Source of the DNA: Andalucia godoyi And28
Lineage: Eukaryota; Protista; Jakobida
Direction: 5' to 3'
Length of the DNA stretch: 64,000 nucleotides
Assembly: GCA_009859145.1 (NCBI GenBank)
Contig: VRVR01000056.1
Coordinates: 62,085 to 126,084, forward strand
The notes beneath the pieces are model-generated. The model had not been told where the DNA came from and did not search any database. It saw only the letters and a program-made list of their open reading frames with translations. Below, piece by piece: positions 29,863-40,170 of this stretch. The number at the start of each line of letters is the position of its first letter. Position 1 is the first letter of the stretch. The position numbers were made by a program, and so were the translations under genes.

Positions 29863-31021
29863 CTACATGATAACGCAGCTGTCAAATGAGCCACGCTCGG
29901 CACGATTCTTGCCTGTACAATCACCAGTATCACCGCCCAACATTACACTCGTTCCAAGTGGTCCTGTAGTCTGACTCTGGCATTCGAGCCCAGCGAAGAA
30001 TGCTTTCTTCCAACCATCGGCGCGAGACAACCTGCATTCCCCACTCCAGAGCCTTGGTGTATTTCTCTCCCTCTTGCCGGAGAACAATCAGGTGAGTGTT
30101 TTTCGATTTGGACAGATCCCCAGTGTACTGGGCACCCGCGAGCGCCACCAGGGATTTGATCTCCATCCGCTCCGCCCCTGTGAAGCCACTGATGGAAATA
30201 ACACAATCCCGCATTGAAGAAATCCCAAACCGTGAGGGTGTTGGAGTATACAATTCGGATTTGCATTCAAATGGAATAAGCGTCTGTTCCTCAAGACAGT
30301 CTTCGATCCAAAAGACAGAAACGCACGGAATTCCCCGTTGTTGTGCGAGTCCAAATTCTGTGCCTTCCGAAGATGCAGAAATGACGTGGGTTGTGCTCCG
30401 ATGCAAAGAGACGGAGCACACGCCACCGTGATTCCTGACAACGTCAATTATTCTATTCGTCCTCTCGAATTCATAGTTGAGAATGCAAAAATGCAAATTC
30501 GAAAATAAGAACGAACTGGCATTCGATTCTGCCAAATTCGCAGCACTTTGCCCTGGATTACTACTGCTATTATTGTAGTTCCTTCTGCTGCTGCTGCTGC
30601 TGTTATTGTTGTTGTTGCTGCTGCACCAAGCATCAGAGAACGGGGTTGCTGCATCTGCAGTCGCATTTCGATGAACGAAATTGATCTGCTGTCGACCTCC
30701 ATTGTAGTCGGCAACAGCCTCTGCTGCACCGCTGAACGACCTCGGAGCTCGTGGAGAGTGAGAGTTGGACTGGCTCGAAGTGGTCGTGGGAGACAAAAAC
30801 CCATCGGACACCATCGACGCTTGCACACGCTGCGATCGTTGTTGTGCAAAACTCAGAATATCACGGATTGTGAGAAAGTGTCCTTGTTGCGGACGAGACA
30901 CCGCCTGCCGCTGCATCTGCATCTGCATCTGCATATGAGCTGGATTCGCGGAGAGCTCATCGTCCTTGGTTTCTTCAATGGAGACAACCTGCCCTTCAAA
31001 CGAGTACGAAGCAGCGTGCAT
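29863..31021 (-). CDS. Tandem BRCT-domain protein, predicted to end in a CaaX box (CVIM) after a 34-nt intron at 29946-29913
   Basis: BRCT1 FSNLHFCI...HGG...TTHVI...CVSVFWIEDC; BRCT2 MRDCVISISGFTGAER...GAQY...NTHLIV...GEKYTKALEW...VSRRWLEES. Start taken at ATG 31021 because the upstream ORF extension is an A-rich spacer. Confidence 0.8.
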
Positions 31022-31526
31022 TTCACAACTACGATCTGCACAATCTGCCGAAGTGAAATGAAGAACTTGGAAGAGCAAGAAAAGCGAAAGAAAGAAAGAA
31101 AGAAACTCGATGAAATGAAAAACAATGAAAAGAAAAAGAAAAAGAAAAAGAAAAAAAGAAAAGAGAAAAGAGAAAAGAAAACGCAAAGATCTGATCGACG
31201 TTCGCAATTTTATTATGTTTTATATATCTATTAATTTTTTGCAGTTTTGTCCGTTTTTCCGACTCGTTCACAGTTTGCAAATTCCCATTTAGTCATGGAA
31301 GCAATCAAAAAAAGAAAATCTCCGACATTTGACATTTCCCGCAAAAATCAAAAAGAAAATATATTACTCGTGATAATATAGAATACAACAGCCCGACTGC
31401 GTCAGTTTGTTTTTGTGTGACAATCCCGTCTGCCCACATTGAGGATCGATCTGTGCGTGGGTTGCATGATGGACACTGTAGTCGAGCAGTAGTGCACTGC
31501 CAACAGTGCGTTTCTGGATTTTTTCT

Positions 31527-31530
<4 letters not shown>

Positions 31531-31597
<67 letters not shown>
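31531..31597. repeat. (TC)n microsatellite
   Basis: About 33 TC units. Confidence 0.95.
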
Positions 31598-31601
<4 letters not shown>

Positions 31602-31685
31602 CTCTATTTTGCCTTGCGTGGAGATTGATCCATAGTTGATCATGACACCTCCTTCTGTTCAATTTGGATCAGCGTTGCATTTTAA

Positions 31686-33173
31686 ATGGCGGATGCACGC
31701 CATCGACCGGCTAAACGAATTCGGTTTTCGGAAAGTCAGGGCCCAGACATCAACCATGCAGTCCCTGTCTCTCAGGAAGCAGGAGGAAGCTCTTCGCAGT
31801 CGGATCCCTTGTTTCATCCTCCTGGAGAGAATGGCGAGAATGGCGAGAATGGCGATGCTCGTGATAATGATGATGATGGTGACGCAGTCGAGTCTCTCGC
31901 AGTCCGTGATGGTCCAAGTCAAACAAGTGTCCATGAGCAGCAGGAGAGCGACGCACCAACAACAGAGACAGATGCAGCAAGTCGACTGGACGCAGTGAAT
32001 GTGGCGTTTTCGTCAGTACAGTTACTCAGCACAGAATTCAAAAAAACCGGACTTGGATATCTCTCTTTGAGACCTGAGTTTGGAGTGTTGAAATGGCCGC
32101 TTGGAAAAGAACTGCTGGACTCTTTTGATGACGAATTCAGAAATGCATACGCAGACGAGTCCGATCTCGATGCAGATTGCGTCCGACTTGCAGTAGACCC
32201 GTCTGATGAAAGACCATCGCGTTCCTTGGGATGGAGCCATCCTGAGGGCCGCATCTATCCAGAGGAGTGGAGCGATCGAAATCGACACGAAACCATGGAT
32301 ATGCTGCACGAAGTCCTTCGTTTTGCAAATGCTCTCAAATTGCATGCTTTGGAGCACAGGCCGAGTAGAAGAAAAGAACCATCTGCACATGCTCCTCAGC
32401 TGCGGTCCACCAATCCTTTGGCTCCTTTCGGTCTTATGGGTGAATATCCCAGTCGCGCAGTCACTGCTGGCGATTCTCCTATATTGTTTGCTGCTGATGA
32501 TTCTTCGATCGCGGATGCCGAAGACGCAGAACAGGCTCCGTTGGGGCGTGACGACGACTCATCGGAATATGCAGATAGCGATGATTCAGATATCGCTCTT
32601 GGAGACCTGTCGGCAGCATCGCAGTTTTCGTTTTCGGGGTTGTTTTCTTCAGACGCCGATGATTCGCAGGGCCGGTTTTCGTTGTTACAGATGAATCCAG
32701 CCGCGGAACCTTCTTCACCAGATGTTTTACTTTCGTTGATCCAGTCTCCGTCTTCATCCCCGCTTGCGCGGCGTCCAGTTTCGGCTGCTGCGGCTGCCGG
32801 AGATTCAAACAACTTATCTCGCAAAATTCACGGACTTTCACGAGAAGCCACTACGGCGCTGCGCGATTCTTCGCTGATGTTTCTTGCTGCAGAGGCAGCA
32901 GAAGTGCCTCGCGAAGTTCTTAATCGGGCCAAGGAGCGAGTTAGGAAGGCCATGGCTGCTCAAGAAGTCGCTGATAGCAGCAGCAGCTCCTCCAGCGGCG
33001 TGGCAAATGCAAGATCGAGCAATCCAAATCCAGTGCTGGATTGCATCTATGGACGAGTAGCATCTCGATCCATCCTGGAGTTGTCCGGTTTTCGAAGACG
33101 AAGCATGAAGATTCCTCGAGCTGCTCGGGGTCCTTCCGGAGTCGCTGGCGCTTCTACCCATGATCCAACGTGA
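31686..33173 (+). CDS. Hypothetical acidic/Ser-rich protein, possibly nuclear
   Basis: 495-aa ATG-initiated ORF with NLS-like PAKRIRF. No family recognised. Confidence 0.7.
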   Translation: MADARHRPAKRIRFSESQGPDINHAVPVSQEAGGSSSQSDPLFHPPGENGENGENGDARDNDDDGDAVESLAVRDGPSQTSVHEQQESDAPTTETDAASRLDAVNVAFSSVQLLSTEFKKTGLGYLSLRPEFGVLKWPLGKELLDSFDDEFRNAYADESDLDADCVRLAVDPSDERPSRSLGWSHPEGRIYPEEWSDRNRHETMDMLHEVLRFANALKLHALEHRPSRRKEPSAHAPQLRSTNPLAPFGLMGEYPSRAVTAGDSPILFAADDSSIADAEDAEQAPLGRDDDSSEYADSDDSDIALGDLSAASQFSFSGLFSSDADDSQGRFSLLQMNPAAEPSSPDVLLSLIQSPSSSPLARRPVSAAAAAGDSNNLSRKIHGLSREATTALRDSSLMFLAAEAAEVPREVLNRAKERVRKAMAAQEVADSSSSSSSGVANARSSNPNPVLDCIYGRVASRSILELSGFRRRSMKIPRAARGPSGVAGASTHDPT

Positions 33174-33468
33174 GGCCAGTCAGTGGGGGTCCTGAACACA
33201 TATTCCCTCAACTGTTGCCTTTTACGCTGTTTTCGCCGATTTTGAATGTATTAAAATGATGACAGGAGTTAAAAAAACGCAACAAAGAAACAAATAAATA
33301 GACAGCAACAGCAACAGTAACAGGGCTGTTTAATTTCTTGCTTCAATCAAACCACTCACACGAGTAATTGCATCGTTCCTAATCAAAACATCCAGAATCT
33401 CGTACAACCTGCTGGTCAAAGACTCGACAGGAAAAAAATAATAATTCAAAAGGACATAACAATAATAA

Positions 33469-34971
33469 TTAATAGGCTTCGACAGACCCTCTTGCATCTG
33501 CGTCGATGGCATCCATGTCAACATCGCGACCCTGATGTGGAGGCAATGTGGACTGGGCCTCTTGAAACATGTTGATCAGCGATTCATGAAGCTGGCCATC
33601 ATATTCGGCTTCTTCTGCAACCTCGCCCTCCAGTTCTGCAAGCTTCCGGGCTAGATCAACGACGCTTTCATTGACGGACTGCACATGCTGGGTCAATGCT
33701 TCAGCTTCGTCCCGCAATCGTGCATTCTCTCGTCTCATCCTATCCAATTCGGTTCTCAAGTATTCAAACTCCCCGGCACACTGAGAATCGTATTTTTCAA
33801 GAGCACTCGCCAGCTCCTCCACATACAATTCTGAACCACTACCACCAACGTCACCACCGTTGTGTGGTGCATGAATCACAGTCTCCCCCTTCGAATGCAC
33901 TGCTCGCAGCCGCGCAGAGGCCTTCATGTCTTGCGACGAACGATATTGTTTGTACTCCGCATTCACGTCTTCCATCTGTCTTTGTGTTTCTCGGTGCTTG
34001 ATTTCCAACGACGATAGCTTCGACTGCAATTTCGCATTTCTTGCACGTTCCGCAACTCGATTCCTGTCGCATTCCGCGAGAGAGTCTTCTAGCGCACGCA
34101 GACGGCGAAACACATCTGGCGAGTCCCCCGCAGCCGCATGAGACCGAGCAGAATGCAGTGGCGGAGTTCCTGACATCCCGGCAGTGAGCACAAGCGACGG
34201 AGAACCGTAGTTAGTGTAATATGCAGAATTTGCGGTCCGAGATGACATATGCCCGTACGCAGGGGATCGAGCGGATGTGGCGCCCGGCGATAGAGTCGAA
34301 TGTTGAGAACTGGAGTACGGCATTGACGAGTACGATGCAGACCGCTGCTGTGTTCTAAGAGACACGGCTCTTGTACCAGATGACGGACTGGATGAGGCAG
34401 CAACGTTTGGCGATGCAGGTCCGTTGTTGTTACTTGAAGTCCTTTTCGGTTCCGCTGGACTCAAATCCGCGGGGGCATTTCCTAGCTTAAGTTTCGGAAC
34501 AACCAGCGGCTTTACCTGCTGATTCGATCTTGGCGAGATCTTTGGAGATGCATTGCTATTGCCCGTCTGGCCGTGCGCATTCCGCGGAGTTGAAGGCTGT
34601 GACGATGCAATCGACGACGTCTCATCTTCATGACGCGAGCCTCCCGAGGATCCAGCGCCAGCGCCAGCACCAGCACCAGCACTAGCACTAGCACCAGAAA
34701 TAGAAGAGGAATTTGACGGAGAGTTGGAAACAGAAGAATTATAAGACGACTTTGTGACCTGCATTTTCGTTCTCGTTACAGCGTGATTTCGATTGGAGCC
34801 AGACGACAGCAGAGGCGACGACACGGAAGACGATGCGGGAGACGAGTCGTGTCGAGAAGGCGAGTTTGAGCTCTTAAGCGCAAGAGCCCTCGACTGCGAC
34901 AACTCTGCAGCATATTGAGATGCAAGTCGCTGTCGAACTGCAGCGCGAGATGCGCCATCCGGAGTTTCCAT
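33469..34971 (-). CDS. Ser-rich disordered protein with C-terminal coiled coil
   Basis: ATG at 34971 (METPDGASR...). Low-complexity S/P/A N-terminal half, heptad repeats in the C-terminal half. Confidence 0.7.
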   Translation of the reverse strand: METPDGASRAAVRQRLASQYAAELSQSRALALKSSNSPSRHDSSPASSSVSSPLLSSGSNRNHAVTRTKMQVTKSSYNSSVSNSPSNSSSISGASASAGAGAGAGAGSSGGSRHEDETSSIASSQPSTPRNAHGQTGNSNASPKISPRSNQQVKPLVVPKLKLGNAPADLSPAEPKRTSSNNNGPASPNVAASSSPSSGTRAVSLRTQQRSASYSSMPYSSSQHSTLSPGATSARSPAYGHMSSRTANSAYYTNYGSPSLVLTAGMSGTPPLHSARSHAAAGDSPDVFRRLRALEDSLAECDRNRVAERARNAKLQSKLSSLEIKHRETQRQMEDVNAEYKQYRSSQDMKASARLRAVHSKGETVIHAPHNGGDVGGSGSELYVEELASALEKYDSQCAGEFEYLRTELDRMRRENARLRDEAEALTQHVQSVNESVVDLARKLAELEGEVAEEAEYDGQLHESLINMFQEAQSTLPPHQGRDVDMDAIDADARGSVEAY

Positions 34972-35832
34972 ACTTGATGAATAGCCCTCAGTAACTCTCG
35001 AAACACGACAAGCCAGATTCACACACAGGAAAAAAAGAGAGAGAGAGAGAGAGAGAGTGTGTGTGTGTGTAGGGGCGAAGAAAAATGAAATGCAAAAAAA
35101 ATCAAACAGAACAGAAATCCGAAGAGAACCCGATCGAGATTGGGATTTTCTCTTTGCTGTTGCTGTCTCTCTACGCTTGGTACTTGTTGGTCCTTTTTTG
35201 ATGAGGCTTTTGCAGCTTAGCATCAACTCTGCAGTGGAAGATGAGTCAGATGAGTCGTTAGATTTTCCGTCTGGTTCCCAATTCGCGAATTCCCCGCACA
35301 CGACAAACCCAACAAAGCCTCCCGACAAGCTGCTCTACGGCAGTTCACAAATGCTGCACGCCCACACTTGACCGGAGTTTTCTTTTTTATCGGATAGCTG
35401 ACGTTACATATGTGACGAGTGTGGGCAACTCACGCAGGGTTTCGACACGGCAGCGAACGACGGCAGGCATGCGGTCTCCAAAGTCACTCCCGCATGTGAG
35501 CTGCTTCTTTTCAACTGATCTATTTTTTGGGCCCATCGGAGCAAATGTCCTCTTCATTGCTCTTGCTCGTCTCTCAGTTTGTGTCAATCCTCGGCTCTGC
35601 AAGTGGCTCCGCGCTGGAATCGCAATTTGCGCGGCGTACCGCCCTCCTCTGCGTCCCGCATTCTTTCCCTTTTTTCCTACTATTAGGCATTCCACAGTCT
35701 TGCAGACCCGAGACCCTCTGGGTGTGTGACAGAGAATCAAGATACCAGGAAAACCAAGAAATCAAGGGGGGAAAAAGGAAAAAAAAGAAAAGAAAAGAAA
35801 AGAAACAGAAAAGGACCAAAGGGCTGGCCACG

Positions 35833-37041
35833 ATGAAGAAGATGAATCCGCTATTTCGCAGCATCAATATGCGGCTGCCGATTGTGCAAGCACCGATGGC
35901 GGGTGCTTGTTCTCCAGAGTTGGTTGCGGCTGTGTCCAATGCTGGGGGTTTAGGGTCTCTGGCAGGTTCGTTGTTGACTCCAGAGCACATTGTCCACACT
36001 GCAGATTCCATCCGGAAATCGCTGAAGGCGCAGAATCTTCCGTTCAGCATCAACCTTTTCGTGCAGCACTCGGACTCGACTCCAAAGTCATCAGATGTGA
36101 CCTCTGAAATGTCCTCGGCCGTAAGCAAACTGCTGAAGCCGTTTTATGATGACCTGAAGATCGATCCACCGCAGAATGCGGTTCCTGCAAATCTCGCGCA
36201 ATGCTTTGAAGATCAGCTGGACGCCATCATTGCGGTTCGTCCCTCTGTTGCAAGCTTCGCGTTTGGTATACCGACGGCCGCACAGATTCAAAAGCTTCAA
36301 AAGGACGGAATACTTGTGTGTGGCACTGCGACGACCGTTCAAGAGGCGGTCGCCTGGAAGAATGTGGGTGCAGACATGATTTGTGCACAAGGTGGCGAAG
36401 CCGGTGGCCATCGAGGATCTTTTCTGCATGCCACAAGCGTTTCGCAATCTCCCTCATCTGCCGGAAGAGTGGTTCCACAGAACGTCCACCATGCGTTAAT
36501 TGGAACAATGGCCTTGGTTCCGCAGGTTGTGGACGCCGCAGAGGGAATTCCGGTGATTGCTGCTGGCGGAATTTCGGATGGACGTGGAATCGCAGCGGCA
36601 TTATGTCTCGGCGCCTCCGCAGCTCAGATTGGCACTGCATTCCTGGGCTGTGCTGAGCTGGAGAGTGTTCTTCCTGCTGTGTGGCGCCAAGCCTTTGAGG
36701 ACTCCGCTCGACACGCCGAAGATCACACCAGGGTAACACGTGCCTTTTCCGGACGCTTTGCCCGCGGATTTCAAAACACGTACATGCGCGAGCTCGATTC
36801 CGTTGACCCCGCGTTGATCCCGGACTACCCCATCATGAACGCACTGACGAGTCACTTGCGGCAGCAGTCTGCTCGCCACGGCAGAAGCGACTTTACCAGT
36901 CTCTGGGCTGGCCAGGGCGCACCCTCGGCGTCCGTCAAATATTCCAGGTCGATGAGAGCTGGCGATATTGTTTCACTGATGGAGTCTTCTCTCCGCACCG
37001 TCCTTCAGCACGCCCTGTCCCCGCAGCGGCCCGAACCGTAA
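35833..37041 (+). CDS. Nitronate monooxygenase (2-nitropropane dioxygenase family flavoprotein)
   Basis: PIVQAPMAG, AAVSNAGGLGSL, QGGEAGGHRG, PVIAAGGISDGRGIAAALCLGA, QIGTAFL, VTRAFSGRFARG, LWAGQG. ATG at 35833. Confidence 0.92.
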   Translation: MKKMNPLFRSINMRLPIVQAPMAGACSPELVAAVSNAGGLGSLAGSLLTPEHIVHTADSIRKSLKAQNLPFSINLFVQHSDSTPKSSDVTSEMSSAVSKLLKPFYDDLKIDPPQNAVPANLAQCFEDQLDAIIAVRPSVASFAFGIPTAAQIQKLQKDGILVCGTATTVQEAVAWKNVGADMICAQGGEAGGHRGSFLHATSVSQSPSSAGRVVPQNVHHALIGTMALVPQVVDAAEGIPVIAAGGISDGRGIAAALCLGASAAQIGTAFLGCAELESVLPAVWRQAFEDSARHAEDHTRVTRAFSGRFARGFQNTYMRELDSVDPALIPDYPIMNALTSHLRQQSARHGRSDFTSLWAGQGAPSASVKYSRSMRAGDIVSLMESSLRTVLQHALSPQRPEP

Positions 37042-37065
37042 ATTTCTTTTCCATCTTTTCAAAGA

Positions 37066-37380
37066 GAGACGCCTACGTTATACACTGAACATGCATATCT
37101 ACGAACGGACATGCATATTCAGTCTTGCATCCCGCTGCCGGGAAGGGGATCGGCCCCAACACGCCTCACGTTGTTCTTCAGATAGATGCTCCACGCTCCG
37201 TTCCCAATCTCGATCAATCGGTGAGCCGCTTTCTCAGCGTGACACGTTGTTCCTGAGAAGGGTGCATTTTTTGATTCTGACGGCCCTAGCAGTAGGCGTA
37301 GTGACACGTGGTCTCTTAGTAGGTCTGCGGGACCTAGGAGGCCGTGTATCGAGCGGCGTAGGCGTAGGCGAATGCGTCAT
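37066..37380. other. Hairpin-rich intergenic segment (candidate structured RNA or tiny spliced gene)
   Basis: At least five stems plus a 9-bp end-to-end pairing (ACGCCTACG/CGTAGGCGT). The minus strand also shows ATG GGG gtgagt, which looks like a gene start. Confidence 0.3.
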
Positions 37381-37409
37381 CCCAGCGCACTCACCCCCAT
37401 ATTTGAATT

Positions 37410-37439
37410 AAAAAAGTGAAACCAAAAAAAGTGAAACCA
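37410..37439. promoter_or_regulatory. Perfect 15-bp tandem duplication AAAAAAGTGAAACCA, possible regulatory element
   Basis: Two exact adjacent copies between two divergent ATG-like starts. Confidence 0.3.
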
Positions 37440-37824
37440 ACGAATGATAGAATAGATGGCTACGGATGCTGCGTTAAATCGTGTCGAAAATGCGGAGCCT
37501 GTGTCACCGGCTGAATTCTGGCCGAGCGTGCGTAAGCACGAATTCCCTGTGGAACAAATGTCGGTCGGTATCGACCGTGTCTGTTAATGTATACTTCCGT
37601 ATGCATGACAATTGCGTGTTATAATTCAGCGGTCGTCCAAGTTTTTGCAGCTTTTTCGTTCATTTTCATGTTTATCTCTGGCTGTCTTGACTGCAGTGAG
37701 CATCAAAACAAGCAAACAAGCAGAGAAAAAAAGAAAAAGAAACACCAAGAAGAAGAAAAAAACTGGAAAACAATTCGAGATTGAGGAGGACGGTGTATGC
37801 ACGTGTGTTTGTAGTCTTTGCATA

Positions 37825-40035
37825 ATGTCTGACGTGTTGCCAAGATCCGCTGTGGCTCGCTTGCGTGTCTTGCAATCGCATTTGCTTTCGAAGCGTCTTC
37901 ATAGTGTTGTTTCCGCCATTTCTTCATGGACGACAACGACAACGACGAACAGCACAGCGTCCCCGAAGATGGGGACGACGGACGATGGGCCGACTGCAAT
38001 TCCGAGGTCACTTTTGCAGTTTTCTCCCGAAGTCCAGGATGCGCTGGATCGAAATCTACCTCTTGTGGCATTGGAGTCGACGATTATCACACATGGAATG
38101 CCATTTCCAGCGAACCTAGAAACTGCGCTGGCTGTCGAAGCAACTGTTCGACAGAATGGCGCGGTTCCTGCAACCATTGCGATTATTCATGGACGCATTC
38201 ACGTTGGGCTCACGGCACATCAAATAGAGTTCTTGTCTAAGCTGCCGTCAAAAGCTGTTCGAAAGTGCTCTCGGAGAGACTTGGCAACGTGTCTGGCGTC
38301 CAGGGCCCATGGGTCCACCACGGTTGCAGCGACCTCGGTGATCGCACATGCCGCTGGAATATCGATTTTCGTGACAGGAGGCATCGGAGGCGTGCATCAT
38401 CACGTTGAGGAGTCGTGGGACATCAGTGCAGATTTGTATGAACTTGCACAAACGCCAATGTGCGTTGTTTGCGCGGGAGCAAAGTCCATTCTGGACATCC
38501 CGAAAACACTGGAGGTTCTCGAGTCTCTTGGTGTACCCACGCTCGGATATGGCACTTCCGAGTTCCCGGCATTTTTCACTTCGCATTCCGGAGAGCCATG
38601 TTCGGAAATGTGCCCCGCGGACCCAAAGCATGTTGCAAAGATCTTGCTTGCACAGAGAAAGCTGCGGTTGAAGTCTGGCATCGTTCTGGGCGTTCCCATC
38701 CCGGCAGAGTTCGAGGCCGACGGGTCCAAAATCCAGACGGCCATTGATGCCGCGTTGAAGGAATGTGCAGATTTGAAGATCCGAGGGCGTGAAGCCACGC
38801 CGTTTCTTCTGAAGCGTGTGAACGAACTGACTGGCGGGGAGTCCTTGCGGTCGAATATTGGACTGATCAAGAACAATGCAAAGGTCGGGTCCCAAATTGC
38901 TGTTTGCTTCTCTGATTTGCAAATGCAGAAGAGGATTGTCTGCGCAGGAGCTGTCTTGATGGATTGCATTGCAAAGAGTGCGGCGCCTGCCATGCTGCAG
39001 AATACATCAAATCCGGGCAGCACCCAGCTGACTGCCGGAGGTGTTGGATTCAATGTGTACATTGCAGTCCACAGGCTTGCGCAGGCGCTGGATGTCAACA
39101 CGAAGGTCGACTTTCTGACAGCCGTGAATCCTCTTGATGCGTTTGGCCGTCAATTGTTAGAATCAATTCCGAACCCCACATGGGTCATGCAAGTGGAAAA
39201 GTCCCACTCGGGGTCGTATACAGCAGTGACATCGTCTGCTGGTGATTCCTTCCTGGCTGTTGCCGATACTGCGATTCTCAAGGACTCCTTCTCTGCGAGG
39301 AACATGAAGGATGTTGTAGGCCCCCTCATGAGGCCGAACCCGCGGTTGCCGATTCTTGCAGTTTTCGATGCGAACATTCCTCTCGACGGATTTTCTGTAC
39401 TGGTCACCGAGACTGCAGCACAAAAGATTCCCATTTTCTTTGAGCCTACCTCCATCGTCAAGGCATCCATGCCGATTGAAATGGGGCTTCTAAAGTACAT
39501 CGCGTATGCAAAGCCGTGTCTTGCAGAGCTGTTTGCCCTCACTGGATTGACTTCTCTGGTGGATGCAAAGACTGTGATTCAGTGGGAGGACGGTGATACA
39601 AAGTCGCTGCTTGGCAACTCTGCGTTCCTCTCTGCTGTCACAAAGGCCGCACTGGTCGCAGTTGTGGACAATGGAATGCGCATCCTCTTTTGCACGCTGG
39701 GCAGACACGGCGGCATTTGTATTCGAAGGAAAACAGAAGTCAAGGGAGGGTCGAACCCAAAGGGCCCCGTCCGATTTCGGAATCTGGCTCCAAAGCATCC
39801 CTCCGTTGAGCTCCTCTACTTCCCGGCGCTTCCCATTTCAAAGGAAGATATGGTCAACACGTGCGGAGCAGGTGACTGCTTCTCTGCTGGCGTCATCATC
39901 GGCATGGTTTTCGATCTCGAGGCGCTGGAAGACGTCGTGTTTTTAGGACAAGAGGCTGCTCGTCAAAGCATTCGTGTGCAAGAGGCTGTTCCCCTGCATT
40001 TTGACAGCACACCGTTTTCAGGGGTTATTTCATAA
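37825..40035 (+). CDS. Bifunctional pseudouridine-5'-phosphate glycosidase (PsuG/IndA) - pseudouridine kinase (PfkB), with PTS2
   Basis: VALESTIITHGMP, PATIAII, GSTTVAAT, TGGIGGVH, DISADL, GAKSILDIPKTLE, ATPFLL, NIGLIKNNA. PfkB part GGVGFN...VNTCGAGDCFSAG. N-terminal RLRVLQSHL. Confidence 0.95.
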   Translation: MSDVLPRSAVARLRVLQSHLLSKRLHSVVSAISSWTTTTTTNSTASPKMGTTDDGPTAIPRSLLQFSPEVQDALDRNLPLVALESTIITHGMPFPANLETALAVEATVRQNGAVPATIAIIHGRIHVGLTAHQIEFLSKLPSKAVRKCSRRDLATCLASRAHGSTTVAATSVIAHAAGISIFVTGGIGGVHHHVEESWDISADLYELAQTPMCVVCAGAKSILDIPKTLEVLESLGVPTLGYGTSEFPAFFTSHSGEPCSEMCPADPKHVAKILLAQRKLRLKSGIVLGVPIPAEFEADGSKIQTAIDAALKECADLKIRGREATPFLLKRVNELTGGESLRSNIGLIKNNAKVGSQIAVCFSDLQMQKRIVCAGAVLMDCIAKSAAPAMLQNTSNPGSTQLTAGGVGFNVYIAVHRLAQALDVNTKVDFLTAVNPLDAFGRQLLESIPNPTWVMQVEKSHSGSYTAVTSSAGDSFLAVADTAILKDSFSARNMKDVVGPLMRPNPRLPILAVFDANIPLDGFSVLVTETAAQKIPIFFEPTSIVKASMPIEMGLLKYIAYAKPCLAELFALTGLTSLVDAKTVIQWEDGDTKSLLGNSAFLSAVTKAALVAVVDNGMRILFCTLGRHGGICIRRKTEVKGGSNPKGPVRFRNLAPKHPSVELLYFPALPISKEDMVNTCGAGDCFSAGVIIGMVFDLEALEDVVFLGQEAARQSIRVQEAVPLHFDSTPFSGVIS

Positions 40036-40170
40036 GCATCTGAACTCCTTCGGCAAAAAAAGAAGCCAGTATTTTGGAATAGCATATTTTCCCGTCTGTT
40101 AAAGTCAAATGATTTCTATACATTATTCACTATTAGCAACAGCAGCTGCATCAACGACGTTGCCGCTGTG

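Noticed and set aside
31022-31207. Hydrophobic N-terminal extension (apparent TM segment) on the BRCT ORF; similar extensions at 34972-35328, 35527-35832, 37612-37824, 43254-43799 and 56169-56345
   Set aside because: These come from A/T-rich spacers and microsatellites read from non-ATG or spurious starts; better starts lie downstream.
37350-37372. (GTAGGC)n as a telomerase template
   Set aside because: It would specify TAGGCG repeats, which I do not know as a telomere sequence, and no other telomerase RNA features were found.
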